A DNA stretch of 64,000 nt, taken from assembly GCA_029210745.1 (NCBI GenBank), contig JARGFI010000004.1, positions 8,852 through 72,851 of the forward strand. The letters are read 5' to 3'. Source of the DNA: Desulfuromonadales bacterium (GTDB taxonomy: Bacteria; Desulfobacterota; Desulfuromonadia; Desulfuromonadales; JAHYIW01). Below are positions 31,739 through 41,362 of the stretch, piece after piece. A program made the position numbers and the translations under genes. The notes beneath the pieces are model-generated. The model worked only from the letters and a program-made list of their open reading frames with translations, did not search any database and was not told the origin of the DNA. Within the stretch, counting starts at the first letter, position 1, and each line of letters opens with the position of its first letter.

Positions 31739-31770
31739 TTATCCACACTTTGTTGACAGGGTGTGGATAT
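31739..31770. promoter_or_regulatory. Inverted pair of DnaA boxes flanking a TTGACA hexamer, upstream of dnaA
   Basis: TTATCCACA (31739-31747) matches the consensus perfectly. TGTGGATAT (31762-31770) has 1 mismatch to TGTGGATAA. The arms ATCCACAC and GTGTGGAT form an 8-bp inverted repeat with a 12-nt spacer containing TTGACA (31753-31758). Confidence 0.65.
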
Positions 31771-31923
31771 TTAAATAAGTGTATTTTCTTCAGGTGTTAA
31801 GCGGTTGTCGGGTGTTTGTATAATGACACTGCACGCTAGCAAACGTCCCTTTTATTTGCAAGTTGTTTTTCATGTTTGCTTCCGTTTGAAATAAACACTT
31901 AAGGTGAATCCGGAATTTTGCTC

Positions 31924-31952
31924 TTGACAAAGCTTTTTGATCTGTTTAAAAG
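31924..31952 (+). promoter_or_regulatory. Candidate rpmH promoter (TTGACA-N17-TAAAAG)
   Basis: Hexamer match only. It lies about 45 nt upstream of the rpmH ATG. Confidence 0.35.
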
Positions 31953-31996
31953 TACCCTTTGCCTAAAATTCGTTAAAGTAAGGAGTTTATAAGAGC

Positions 31997-32149
31997 ATGT
32001 CCAAAAGAACCTATCAGCCGAGTCGAATCAGCCGGAAAAGAACCCACGGATTCCGCAAACGGATGCGCAGTAAAAATGGCAGCGCTGTTATCAAGCGTCG
32101 GCGTGCACGCGGGCGCAGAGTGCTCGCGGCAACGACCCCTGTAAAATAA
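31997..32149 (+). CDS. rpmH: 50S ribosomal protein L34
   Basis: It is below the track cutoff. The translation is [50 protein letters not shown] (50 aa), with an AAGGAG RBS. Confidence 0.95.
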   Translation: MSKRTYQPSRISRKRTHGFRKRMRSKNGSAVIKRRRARGRRVLAATTPVK

Positions 32150-32169
32150 CGATTATTGATGGTCTTGTT

Positions 32170-32547
32170 ATTATTCAATCTTGCGCAGAATATACTTTTC
32201 CGAAGGAAAATCGTTTACGTAAACGTCATCAATATCAGCAAACGTGGCTAAACGGTCGTAAGCTGCGTACAAAAAATTTCTTGATTGTTGTTTGTCGACG
32301 TGATTCAGTGTGCGCCTGCCGTGTGGGGATCACCGTCAGCCGCAAAGTCGGTGGCGCAGTGGTTCGCAATCGCGTGAAACGAATGATCCGGGAGTATGTC
32401 AGAATTCATTATCGGCGGCTGCCTACAGCCGCCGATATTTCCATTATAGCCCGACCCGGCACAGCCGTTCTTTCCTCTTCGCAACTGCATGCGGAGCTGG
32501 ACATTCTCCTCATGATCGGTGCGGTCGCGTCACATCCTGAAGATTGA
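32170..32547 (+). CDS. rnpA: Ribonuclease P protein component (start codon unresolved)
   Basis: The track gives only 32281-32547 (TTG start). The conserved N-terminal part [34 protein letters not shown] is encoded in the same frame upstream. That frame has no ATG, GTG or TTG between the TAA at 32071 and 32281. ATT codons at 32152, 32155, 32170 and 32173 are the only near-cognate candidates. The RNR motif [11 protein letters not shown] is present. Confidence 0.75.
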   Translation: MIQSCAEYTFPKENRLRKRHQYQQTWLNGRKLRTKNFLIVVCRRDSVCACRVGITVSRKVGGAVVRNRVKRMIREYVRIHYRRLPTAADISIIARPGTAVLSSSQLHAELDILLMIGAVASHPED

Positions 32548-32552
32548 GATCG

Positions 32553-32765
32553 ATGCTGACACAAGCAATCCTGAGACTGATCGACGGATATCGATTTCTC
32601 ATATCGCCACTGCTCGGTCCAAACTGCCGTTTTTATCCTTCCTGCTCACTGTATATGCATCAGGCGATCGTACGTTACGGTATCGTCCGTGGCGTGTGGC
32701 TGGGAGTGTTGCGTTTGGGGCGTTGTCATCCATGGAATCCCGGCGGTTATGACCCCCTTCGTTAA
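32553..32765 (+). CDS. yidD: Membrane protein insertion efficiency factor YidD
   Basis: It contains [31 protein letters not shown]...[13 protein letters not shown] at 32544 is an alternative start. Confidence 0.88.
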   Translation: MLTQAILRLIDGYRFLISPLLGPNCRFYPSCSLYMHQAIVRYGIVRGVWLGVLRLGRCHPWNPGGYDPLR

Positions 32766-32795
32766 TCAATTTTCTGTTACCCTGGAGTTTTTTTG

Positions 32796-34457
32796 ATGGA
32801 AGAGAACAATAAAAACTTAATCATCGCACTGACCTTGATGGCTGTTGTCTGGCTCGGTTATAATTTTTTGTTTCCCGCGCAGCCTGCCCCTCCGGTCACG
32901 GCGACGACTGAGGTCGTAACGCCTCCGACAACCGTCGGGTTATCCTCTAAAGCCGATGAACCCGCCGCGCTGCCTGTAACTGCGTCGCTGACAAATGCGG
33001 TCAATCGCCATGGTGTAGAGAATACTGACCACCTCACCGACCGAATCGAAACGACCTCCACAGAAGAGCGTATGCTGCTGGTTGAGACCGACCTTTATCG
33101 TCTCCAGTTGTCAAGTGTCGGCGCGGTGGTGAAGTCAATAGAATTGAAAAAATATCGGCAGGAAGCGGACAGTGATGCCCCCTTCACTGTTATTAATAGC
33201 CCTTCCTTGCAACTGGCGACGCTACGTTCTTCCGGGACCGAAGAATTTTCTTTATCCGCGCAGACCCCCTTCTCTTTATCAACTACCGCGTCGTCGCTCA
33301 ACCTGAGCAGGAATGACAGTCAAACGGTGGTTTTTACTGCGCGCACTCCTTCCGGGGCGTTGCTGGAGAAGTCTTATACTTTTTATGCCGATCGCTATAC
33401 GATCGACCTTACGCAGCAGTTGACAAACACAAGTCTCAAGCCTTTGCGCGGACAATCCTCGTTGACCCTGGTTGAATTGTGGGATGATTCCGATAAGGGG
33501 GCGATGTACGAATTTGTCGGTCCGATGACTTTGGTTGGTGAGGAAGTTGAGACGGTTGCTCCCAAGGATCTTAAAAAAGGTTCCAAGTCTTTTATCGCTC
33601 CGGTGTGGAGCGGGTTTGAAACCAAATATTTCATGTCGGTGGCGGTACCGCTCAATTCCGCTGCAGAACAAGTCAAGCTGGAATTGACCGCGCAGAGCGT
33701 CGAAAATACTTTCATCAGCCCGTTGATGACGCTGGCCCCGCAAGAAACCCGGAAGCTCGATTACCTCCTTTATTTTGGCCCGCGTGATCCAGATCAGCTT
33801 CAAATCGTCGGCCATCGCCTCGTTGAGTCTATAGATTACGGTTTTTTTGCCATTATTGCCGAACCTCTGGTACATATACTTAAGTTTTTTTACGGCTATA
33901 TCGGTAATTACGGTGTTTCCATTATTCTGCTAACGATCCTGATCAAGGCACTGTTCTGGCCGTTGACACACAAGAGTTACGCCTCAATGAAGGCGATGCA
34001 GCAGCTGCAACCTGAAATCACCAAGTTGAAAGAAAAATACAAGAATGACCGCGAAAAGATGAACAAGGCGGTCATGGAAATGTATAAGGAAAAGAAGGTT
34101 AACCCGGTGGGCGGTTGTTTGCCGATGCTGGTGCAGATACCGGTGTTTTTCGCTCTCTACCGAGCCTTGCTGGGCACCATCGATCTGCGTCACGCCTCAT
34201 TCGGTTTGTGGTTGACCGACTTGTCCGCGAAGGACCCTTATTACATTACCCCGGTAGTTATGGGGATCACCATGTTTATTCAGCAGAAGATGTCACCCAG
34301 TACAATGGACCCGACCCAGGCGAAAATCTTCATGTTTATGCCGATAATTTTCACCTTCCTCTTTCTGAATTTTCCGTCGGGGCTGGTTATCTATTGGCTG
34401 GTCAACAACGTACTAACGATTGCGCAACAGTATTTTATTAATAAAAAACCGTCATGA
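32796..34457 (+). CDS. yidC: Membrane protein insertase YidC
   Basis: It has an N-terminal TM helix, a large periplasmic domain and the C-terminal 60-kDa insertase core (GCLPMLVQIPVFFALY, FPSGLVIYWLVNN). Confidence 0.92.
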   Translation: MEENNKNLIIALTLMAVVWLGYNFLFPAQPAPPVTATTEVVTPPTTVGLSSKADEPAALPVTASLTNAVNRHGVENTDHLTDRIETTSTEERMLLVETDLYRLQLSSVGAVVKSIELKKYRQEADSDAPFTVINSPSLQLATLRSSGTEEFSLSAQTPFSLSTTASSLNLSRNDSQTVVFTARTPSGALLEKSYTFYADRYTIDLTQQLTNTSLKPLRGQSSLTLVELWDDSDKGAMYEFVGPMTLVGEEVETVAPKDLKKGSKSFIAPVWSGFETKYFMSVAVPLNSAAEQVKLELTAQSVENTFISPLMTLAPQETRKLDYLLYFGPRDPDQLQIVGHRLVESIDYGFFAIIAEPLVHILKFFYGYIGNYGVSIILLTILIKALFWPLTHKSYASMKAMQQLQPEITKLKEKYKNDREKMNKAVMEMYKEKKVNPVGGCLPMLVQIPVFFALYRALLGTIDLRHASFGLWLTDLSAKDPYYITPVVMGITMFIQQKMSPSTMDPTQAKIFMFMPIIFTFLFLNFPSGLVIYWLVNNVLTIAQQYFINKKPS

Positions 34458-34473
34458 TTGATGAGCAGCTATT

Positions 34474-35106
34474 ATGGTTGAGGATCTTTTGTCTTTGGAG
34501 CAGGTCGGCGCAACGGTCGACCAGGCGGTTGCGTCTGCGCTAACACAGTTGGGCTGTTCGCGGGCCGATGTTGACGTTGAAATTTTGCGCATGCCGACGC
34601 GCGGTTTTTTCGGTTTTTTGGGGCGCAAACCTGCTCTGGTGCGGGTCGTTTTAACTGATCGTGGTTGTGTGGCCCGCGCCATTCTTGAACACTTATTGTC
34701 CCTTGCAAATCTTTCCGGGTCGGTTGCGGTATGTCCTGGCCGCGAAGTGATCGATCTCATTATTACCAGCGAAGAATCTTCATTGATCATTGGTCGTCAC
34801 GGGCAAACCCTCGAAGCCCTCCAGCTCCTTACCGTCGCCCTGACTGATCGTCTGGTTGCTGATCGAACTCGCCTGGTCATCGATATCGATCGCTACCGGG
34901 TTCGTCGAGAGCGCTTTTTACGCCAACTCGCTGGCCGCCTCTCAGGTCAGGTGAAGCGTTCAGGGCAGCCTGTTACGACGGACCTTCTTTCTCCCGATGA
35001 GCGTCGTATTATTCATCAGGCACTCAAGGGTGACCCGGATATCGCCTTTCGTTCGATCGGCCAGGGGTTTGAGCGGAAGGTATTTATTGCCGCTTGTGGT
35101 GGCTAG
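34474..35106 (+). CDS. jag: RNA-binding protein Jag/KhpB (Jag_N + KH + R3H)
   Basis: It contains RGFFGFLGRKPALVRV and the R3H region LSPDERRIIHQAL. Its position after yidC is conserved. Confidence 0.85.
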   Translation: MVEDLLSLEQVGATVDQAVASALTQLGCSRADVDVEILRMPTRGFFGFLGRKPALVRVVLTDRGCVARAILEHLLSLANLSGSVAVCPGREVIDLIITSEESSLIIGRHGQTLEALQLLTVALTDRLVADRTRLVIDIDRYRVRRERFLRQLAGRLSGQVKRSGQPVTTDLLSPDERRIIHQALKGDPDIAFRSIGQGFERKVFIAACGG

Positions 35107-35107
35107 G

Positions 35108-36472
35108 GTGTCATACACCGACACGATCATTGCCCCTGCAACCCCACCAGGTGAGGGTGGGGTTGGTATCTTGCGAATTTCCGGTCCCCTGGCCGAGACG
35201 GCGTTAACGCGTTTTTTTAGACCAGCAAAGAAGCTCACCGCCTTTTCTTCGCACCGACTCTATTATGGCCATATTTATACATTGACTGGTGAGCTGGTTG
35301 ACGAGGTGATGGCTGTTTTGATGCGTGCGCCGGCTTCTTATACCCGCGAAGATGTTGTCGAATTTCACTGTCATGGCGGGAGTGCCGTGTTGTACCGTGT
35401 GCAACGGCTTCTTCTTGAGGAAGGTCTGCGCCTGGCTGCACCGGGGGAATTCACCCAACGCGCATTTCTCAATGGCCGGATTGATCTGACCCAGGCCGAG
35501 GCGGTGGTCGACGTCATTAAGGCGCGCTCTGATGCAGCACGTCAATTGGCCGTGCAACAGATGGATGGTGGACTCTATCGTGAGATGGAAAAACTTTCTG
35601 TCCGCTTGCGCGATCTCGTTGCGCTGGTTGAGGCCTACATCGATTTTCCTGATGAGGAGATTGCTCTTCCCGACAATGAACAACTATCGTGCGCTGCGCA
35701 GCAACTTATAGCGGACATGGACACCTTGCTTGCTTCTTTCGATTCAGGACGTGTTTTACGTGAGGGGATATCGATATTAATTGTCGGTCGCCCGAATGTT
35801 GGCAAAAGTTCCCTGTTGAACGCTTTGCTTGGTGAGTCGCGCGCCATCGTGACCGATATCCCGGGTACCACGCGTGATTTTATCGAAGAAGGACTGACCA
35901 TCAACGGGCTTCCTTTACGCCTGGTCGATACCGCTGGAATCCGTCGCACCGACGATCGAGTCGAGGCGGAAGGTGTGCGGCGGTCCCAACAGAAGATCGC
36001 TGCTGCTGATTTGCAGCTTTTGCTGATTGATGGCAATTGCGGTGTGTCGGATGATGATCTTTATGCGCTGAAGTTCTGTGATCTGCAGCGTACTTTGCTG
36101 GTTGTGTCCAAAAGTGACCTCGCGCAAAAACCGTTGCTTGCCCCTTTCTCGGAGCTCGAAAGGATCGAGCTTTCGTCCAAAACCGGTTTTGGTTTGGCCG
36201 CGCTGCGGGAGGCCATCTTTCAGCGTTTTTCGGTCTCGGGTGCCGCTGGAAGGGAGTCGTTGTGTCTTTCCAATTCTCGCCACTTTGAGGCCTTGTCGCG
36301 CTGTTCAGCTAAGATAGCTTCCTTTTACGAGCAGCTCGCTGCCGGTTTGTCGGCAGAGTTTCTTGCTTATGACTTACGCGAGGCCCTTTTCGCGATCGGC
36401 GAAATTACGGGTGAAACAACCCCTGACGACGTGTTGAATATTATCTTTGAACGTTTTTGTATCGGCAAATAA
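35108..36472 (+). CDS. mnmE: tRNA uridine-5-carboxymethylaminomethyl(34) synthesis GTPase MnmE
   Basis: I prefer the GTG at 35108 ([25 protein letters not shown]). The G-domain motif [14 protein letters not shown] and the C-terminal FCIGK are present. Confidence 0.9.
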   Translation: MSYTDTIIAPATPPGEGGVGILRISGPLAETALTRFFRPAKKLTAFSSHRLYYGHIYTLTGELVDEVMAVLMRAPASYTREDVVEFHCHGGSAVLYRVQRLLLEEGLRLAAPGEFTQRAFLNGRIDLTQAEAVVDVIKARSDAARQLAVQQMDGGLYREMEKLSVRLRDLVALVEAYIDFPDEEIALPDNEQLSCAAQQLIADMDTLLASFDSGRVLREGISILIVGRPNVGKSSLLNALLGESRAIVTDIPGTTRDFIEEGLTINGLPLRLVDTAGIRRTDDRVEAEGVRRSQQKIAAADLQLLLIDGNCGVSDDDLYALKFCDLQRTLLVVSKSDLAQKPLLAPFSELERIELSSKTGFGLAALREAIFQRFSVSGAAGRESLCLSNSRHFEALSRCSAKIASFYEQLAAGLSAEFLAYDLREALFAIGEITGETTPDDVLNIIFERFCIGK

Positions 36473-36473
36473 A

Positions 36474-36489
36474 TGTTTCACGTGAAACA
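36474..36489. promoter_or_regulatory. parS centromere site (perfect TGTTTCACGTGAAACA)
   Basis: This is an exact match to the canonical 16-bp parS. It is embedded in a 22-bp perfect palindrome AAATGTTTCACGTGAAACATTT (36471-36492), straddling the mnmE stop. Confidence 0.85.
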
Positions 36490-36504
36490 TTTTGGGGTAA
36501 CAAG

Positions 36505-38376
36505 ATGATTTCATACGGAAAGCGTTATCAGGTAATCGTGGTTGGGGCAGGGCATGCGGGGTGCGAGGCGGCTCTGGCAGCGGCGCGTATGGGGTGCAGT
36601 ACGTTGCTGTTGAACCTTAATCTTGATGCCGTTGCGCAGATGTCGTGCAATCCGGCAATCGGTGGTTTGGCCAAGGGTCACCTGGTGCGCGAAATTGACG
36701 CGCTGGGCGGGGAGATGGGGTTGAATATCGATGCAACCGGTATCCAGTTTCGTACCCTCAATACACGCAAGGGCCCGGCGGTGCGCGCTTCACGCGCGCA
36801 GGCAGATCGTTATCTCTATCGGGACCGGATGAAAGGTGTTATCGAGCGACAGGCATTGCTTGACCTCAAACAGGGAGCCGTCGCCAGGCTGATGGTGGTA
36901 AATGGTCGGGTCGGTGGGGTGGCGACTGTCGATGGTGTGCACTACGAAGGGGATACCGTGGTATTGACGACCGGAACCTTTATGCGCGGGCTGATACATG
37001 TCGGCCTGAACAGTTATGCCGGGGGGAGGGCTGGAGAGCCACCATCGGTAGGTCTTTCCGATCATTTGCGTGAACTTGGATTTGATGTGGGGCGCTTGAA
37101 AACCGGAACCCCGGCGCGTCTGGACGGGCGTTCCATCGATTTTTCTTCACTGGAACCGCAGTATGGTGACCACCCCCCGCAACCCTTCTCTTTTCTCAAT
37201 GATCAACTAGATGTTGAACAGCTCCCCTGTTACACGACATGGACTAATCAACGGACGCATGACGCGATTCGCTCCGGACTTGACCGGTCCCCCCTTTATA
37301 GCGGGATCATTGAAGGGGTCGGTCCACGCTACTGTCCATCGATCGAGGACAAGGTGGTACGTTTTCCCGAAAAGGATCGCCACCAGATATTTCTCGAACC
37401 GGAGGGGCGTAACAGTCTTGAGTACTACCCGAACGGGGTTTCAACATCCCTTCCGGCGGACGTGCAGCTCGCATTTCTGCGGACCATCCCCGGTTTGGAG
37501 CGGGTCGAGATTGTCCGCCCGGGATATGCTATTGAATATGATTACGTCAACCCTTCCCAGTTACGCCCGACGCTTGAAACCAAACGCGTCAGTGGGCTGT
37601 TTCATGCGGGACAAATCAATGGAACTTCCGGTTATGAAGAAGCCGGGGCGCAAGGGCTGATTGCGGGGATCAATGCCGCGCGGAAGGCCAGGGGGGAAGA
37701 AGCGATCATTATCGGACGTGATCAGGGCTATGTCGGGGTGCTGATCGACGACCTGGTCAACCTCGGGGCAACCGAGCCGTATCGGATGTTTACCTCGCGT
37801 GCCGAATATCGACTGCTGCTGCGTGAAGATAATGCTGATCGGCGTTTAACGACGATTGGCCGCAAGGTCGGACTGGTTGATGACCATCGATGGAAAAGGT
37901 ACTGTGTTAAGATGGGGGAGGTTGAGCGAGGGAGTATACTGCTTAATGCAACCCGAATCGTTCCTTCACAACACGCAGACCTGGCCCGTCTTGGTCTCGA
38001 AAAAATGAGTAACGGCGCGACCTTGTATGAATTGCTGAAACGTCCCGATATTTTTATCAGGGACCTGCTCTTTCTCCATTCAGGGTTGGCGGAACTGGCG
38101 CCCAGGGTGCTGGAACAATTAGAGATAGAAACAAAATATGCCGGCTATATCAAGCGTCAGGAGGAGCAGGTTGCGCGACTGCGCAAGGTTGAGGAAGTCA
38201 AGATTCCGCCGGGGTTTCCGTATGCTGACATCAATGGACTGTCCGCCGAGGTGAGGGAGAAACTCTCCCGGATAGAGCCGGCAACTCTCGGCCAGGCGGG
38301 GCGTATTCCGGGGATAACTCCGGCAGCGATAGCAATTCTCTCGGTGATGTTGAAACGGGGCGTGCGTGAAACTTGA
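36505..38376 (+). CDS. mnmG: tRNA uridine 5-carboxymethylaminomethyl modification enzyme MnmG (GidA)
   Basis: I prefer the ATG at 36505 ([23 protein letters not shown]). The FAD-binding motifs and the overall length match GidA. Confidence 0.95.
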   Translation: MISYGKRYQVIVVGAGHAGCEAALAAARMGCSTLLLNLNLDAVAQMSCNPAIGGLAKGHLVREIDALGGEMGLNIDATGIQFRTLNTRKGPAVRASRAQADRYLYRDRMKGVIERQALLDLKQGAVARLMVVNGRVGGVATVDGVHYEGDTVVLTTGTFMRGLIHVGLNSYAGGRAGEPPSVGLSDHLRELGFDVGRLKTGTPARLDGRSIDFSSLEPQYGDHPPQPFSFLNDQLDVEQLPCYTTWTNQRTHDAIRSGLDRSPLYSGIIEGVGPRYCPSIEDKVVRFPEKDRHQIFLEPEGRNSLEYYPNGVSTSLPADVQLAFLRTIPGLERVEIVRPGYAIEYDYVNPSQLRPTLETKRVSGLFHAGQINGTSGYEEAGAQGLIAGINAARKARGEEAIIIGRDQGYVGVLIDDLVNLGATEPYRMFTSRAEYRLLLREDNADRRLTTIGRKVGLVDDHRWKRYCVKMGEVERGSILLNATRIVPSQHADLARLGLEKMSNGATLYELLKRPDIFIRDLLFLHSGLAELAPRVLEQLEIETKYAGYIKRQEEQVARLRKVEEVKIPPGFPYADINGLSAEVREKLSRIEPATLGQAGRIPGITPAAIAILSVMLKRGVRET

Positions 38377-39022
38377 GCATTATTTAGACGCCGGGTTGAA
38401 GCAGCTTGAGCTCGAACTGGATCCGCCACGACAAGCACGCCTGCTGGCATTTCTTGATGAACTCATGCGCTGGAGTGGCAGTATTAATTTAACTGCAATT
38501 GATGATCCGCTGGTTGCGCTGGAAAAACACCTGCTCGATTCTATGACCCTTTTGCCACTATTATCCGGCGATGAAAGTGTTCTCGATTTCGGTTCTGGTG
38601 CCGGTTTGCCGGGGATACCACTGAAAATCGCGCGACCGGAGGTGGATATCTGGTCACTCGACGCGGTGCGCAAGAAAGTCAACTTTCAGCGCCATATCGG
38701 TCGTCAGTTGGCGCTGACCGGTTTTTACCCCCAGCATGGGCGAATTGAAGACTTTGCGATGACAGACAGGGGTCGAAGCGGTTTTTCCTTAATCACTGCG
38801 CGTGCCGTTGCCGACCTTAACAAACTCGTTGAATGGTCCGCTTCTTTGCTGACGGCGAAAGGTCGGTTGGTAGCAATGAAGGGCCCGGAAGGGGAGCATG
38901 AAGTGACGGGTGCTGCGCAGACCGTGAAGAAATACGGCCTGGAGTTGGTTGAAGTGCGCCGCTTAAGGTTGCCGTTCAGTGGTTCGGAACGGCAGTTATT
39001 GATCCTTAAAAACAACGGTTAG
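38366..39022 (+). CDS. rsmG: 16S rRNA (guanine527-N7)-methyltransferase RsmG (GidB)
   Basis: It has the SAM-binding motif [17 protein letters not shown]. Its position after mnmG is conserved. Confidence 0.9.
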   Translation: MKLEHYLDAGLKQLELELDPPRQARLLAFLDELMRWSGSINLTAIDDPLVALEKHLLDSMTLLPLLSGDESVLDFGSGAGLPGIPLKIARPEVDIWSLDAVRKKVNFQRHIGRQLALTGFYPQHGRIEDFAMTDRGRSGFSLITARAVADLNKLVEWSASLLTAKGRLVAMKGPEGEHEVTGAAQTVKKYGLELVEVRRLRLPFSGSERQLLILKNNG

Positions 39023-39179
39023 CCACGATATGTTGGGGCGGCTAAGAATAGCAACACAAGATCATGCAGTGTAGAAAAGGCACTGATTTTTGGTCTGTTT
39101 CTTCTTTCCAATCCCCGAGGGTTTATGATACCCTGCGCAACTCTAATTCTAATTCAATTTATCTGGTGAGGTACTCTAC

Positions 39180-39947
39180 GTGGCGCGCATTATCGCGGTA
39201 GCCAACCAAAAAGGCGGGGTCGGCAAGACGACGACGGCAGTGAATCTGGCGGCGTCGCTGGCCGTTGCCGAAAAGCGGACCCTGCTGGTTGATATGGATC
39301 CGCAGGCCAATTCCTGCAGTGGGCTCGGAGTCGACAAGAGTGCGCAGGAACTGACCATCTATCACGTGCTGCAGGGTTCCGTTCATCCCTCTGAAATCAT
39401 TGTTAAAACGGCACTTGAAAAACTCGCCGTGCTGCCGTCCAACACTGACCTGGCCGGTGCGGAAATTGAGCTGGTGTCGGCCATCTCCCGAGAAAAAAAG
39501 TTGCTCTGGGTACTCAAGGAATTGCGGGACGATTATGACTACATTATTATCGATTGCCCCCCTTCGCTGGGTTTATTGACGATCAATGCATTAACTGCGG
39601 CCGACGCGGTGCTTGTGCCGTTGCAGTGTGAATTTTACGCCATGGAGGGGCTCAGCCATCTGTTGCAGACGGTCAAGCTGCTCCAGCAGGATCTCAACCC
39701 CGAACTGACGTTGCTGGGTATTTTGCTGACCATGTATGACGGACGCAACAATCTGTCACGACAGGTTGAAGATGAGATGCGCAACCATTTCGGCGCACAG
39801 GTTTTTAAAGCGGTTATTCCTCGCAACGTTCGACTGTCCGAGGCGCCGAGCCATGGATTGCCGGTGTTGCTGTATGACATCGCGTCGCGCGGTGCTGAAG
39901 CCTACCTTGAACTGGCCAAAGAAATTATCGACAAAGGGATGGACTGA
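39180..39947 (+). CDS. parA: Chromosome partitioning ATPase ParA/Soj
   Basis: It has a GTG start and the deviant Walker A motif ANQKGGVGKTTTAVNLA. Confidence 0.92.
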   Translation: MARIIAVANQKGGVGKTTTAVNLAASLAVAEKRTLLVDMDPQANSCSGLGVDKSAQELTIYHVLQGSVHPSEIIVKTALEKLAVLPSNTDLAGAEIELVSAISREKKLLWVLKELRDDYDYIIIDCPPSLGLLTINALTAADAVLVPLQCEFYAMEGLSHLLQTVKLLQQDLNPELTLLGILLTMYDGRNNLSRQVEDEMRNHFGAQVFKAVIPRNVRLSEAPSHGLPVLLYDIASRGAEAYLELAKEIIDKGMD

Positions 39948-39953
39948 CAGATC

Positions 39954-40808
39954 ATGGCGAAACGACCTGCGTTGGGTAAAGGAATTGGTGCGCTGTTAAG
40001 TTCGGCGACTCATGAGGGGGGGCGTAAATATTTCCTCTGTCCGCTCGAAGAGTTGCAGCCGATGGCCGGGCAGCCACGCAAAATATTCAATGACGACAAA
40101 CTTGCCGAACTGGTCGCCTCGATCCGGGAAAAAGGGGTGATTCAGCCGCTGGTGGTACGTCGTCAAGAGGATCATTACCAGATCATCGCTGGAGAGCGGC
40201 GCTGGCGGGCGGCACAAAAAGCCGGCTTGCGTGAAGTTCCGGTGGTGATTCAGGATGTTAGCGAGGACTGGGCTTTTGAGGTTGCGCTGATCGAGAACAT
40301 TCAGCGCGAGGATCTCAACCCGTTGGAGGAGGCTGAGGCTTACCACCGACTGGTGGCAGAGTTTGATCTGTCCCAGGAAGAGGTCGCCAAACGGGTTGGT
40401 AAAAATCGTTCCACGGTGGCCAACTCACTGCGTCTGTTGAAGCTTCCCCGGCAACTTAAAGATGACATCGTCAACGGTGCGCTGAGCATGGGGCATGCCC
40501 GAGCAATCCTGCCCCTTGAAGATGAAGTTTTAATGCGCAAGGCGCGGAACGAAGTCGTTGCTCGCGCCCTGACGGTTCGCGCGACTGAAGCGCTGGTCAA
40601 AAAATTCAAAGAGGGCACCACCCCTCCCAAGGTAGGCAATGAGGCTACGCTCAGCCCTGAATTGGATCGACTGGCGACCGAACTGCAGCAGGTGCTGGGG
40701 ACCAAGGTCAAGTTGGCGGCCAAGGGGCGTGGGGGCAAAATCGAAATCGTTTACTATACCGCGAGCGATCTTGATCGGCTCCTGAATATATTGGGTATCA
40801 ATGTTTGA
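39954..40808 (+). CDS. parB: Chromosome partitioning protein ParB/Spo0J
   Basis: It has the ParB box IQPLVVRR...YQIIAGERRWRAA and an HTH region QEEVAKRVGKNRSTVANSLRLL. Confidence 0.92.
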   Translation: MAKRPALGKGIGALLSSATHEGGRKYFLCPLEELQPMAGQPRKIFNDDKLAELVASIREKGVIQPLVVRRQEDHYQIIAGERRWRAAQKAGLREVPVVIQDVSEDWAFEVALIENIQREDLNPLEEAEAYHRLVAEFDLSQEEVAKRVGKNRSTVANSLRLLKLPRQLKDDIVNGALSMGHARAILPLEDEVLMRKARNEVVARALTVRATEALVKKFKEGTTPPKVGNEATLSPELDRLATELQQVLGTKVKLAAKGRGGKIEIVYYTASDLDRLLNILGINV

Positions 40809-40877
40809 TTTGACGCGTCACCGAAACCTCGGGATTAATGAAATAAGAGCCGTTGTACGGAAGGACAGGTAACGATC

Positions 40878-41318
40878 ATGTTTGGAAAGAAGGAACCGAT
40901 GAAGAAAGAAGCCAGTCTCGAAAAAAGCGATATCAAGGCCTTTCTGGGCCCCGGAAGTCAGTTTGAGGGAAAGCTCCATTTTGATGAAATCGTCCGTCTT
41001 GACGGTGCATTTCGTGGCGAAATTGTGTCGAAAGACATCTTGATCGTCGGTGAAACGGCAGACATTCAAGCCGAGGTGACGGTCGGCAGTCTGGTGCTGA
41101 GTGGTCACTTCAAGGGGAATATCAAGGCGGTCAAAAAGGTTGAATTGCGCACGCCGGCAAATGTTGAGGGCAGTATTGAAACCCCTGCGCTGATGATCGA
41201 GGAAGGCGTCGTGTTCAACGGTAGTATCATCATGAAACCGGGCAACACGGGCACAACTGGCGGCGCTGTCCCTGAAAAACAGGAGAAAAGCCGCCCGATA
41301 GAGGAAATACGTCCTTGA
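40878..41318 (+). CDS. Bactofilin (DUF583 polymer-forming cytoskeletal protein)
   Basis: It shows a beta-helical repeat pattern (GPGSQFEGKLHFDEIVRLDGAFRGEIVSKDILIVGETADIQAEVTVGSLVLSGHFKGNI) and a Pro-rich tail. Confidence 0.8.
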   Translation: MFGKKEPMKKEASLEKSDIKAFLGPGSQFEGKLHFDEIVRLDGAFRGEIVSKDILIVGETADIQAEVTVGSLVLSGHFKGNIKAVKKVELRTPANVEGSIETPALMIEEGVVFNGSIIMKPGNTGTTGGAVPEKQEKSRPIEEIRP

Positions 41319-41362
41319 CACCAACGGGGGATCGTGATAGATATTCGCCGTTTTATGTCCAG

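Noticed and set aside
31748-31748. Longer N-terminal extensions offered by the track. Examples are dnaA from GTG 31748, cysD from 11988, thiL from 61375, cheR from 60174, ttcA from 62883, mnmE from 34997, mnmG from 36457, cydB from 17605, ppiA from 21044 and dctP-1 from 6811.
   Set aside because: In each case an internal start has a better Shine-Dalgarno sequence. That start also gives the N-terminus expected for the family (signal peptide, P-loop or conserved first helix). The extension overlaps the upstream gene, a DnaA box or a hairpin.
32159-32254. ATG at 32159 as a possible rnpA start.
   Set aside because: It is in a different frame from the conserved RnpA sequence and terminates after 31 codons ([30 protein letters not shown]). 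It is only relevant if a frameshift or indel exists, which cannot be decided from this sequence.
40811-40820. A perfect 10-bp palindrome TGACGCGTCA just after the parB stop.
   Set aside because: It is too short to distinguish from chance. It has no flanking U-tract or repeat partner, and no known ParB or regulator motif that I can name.
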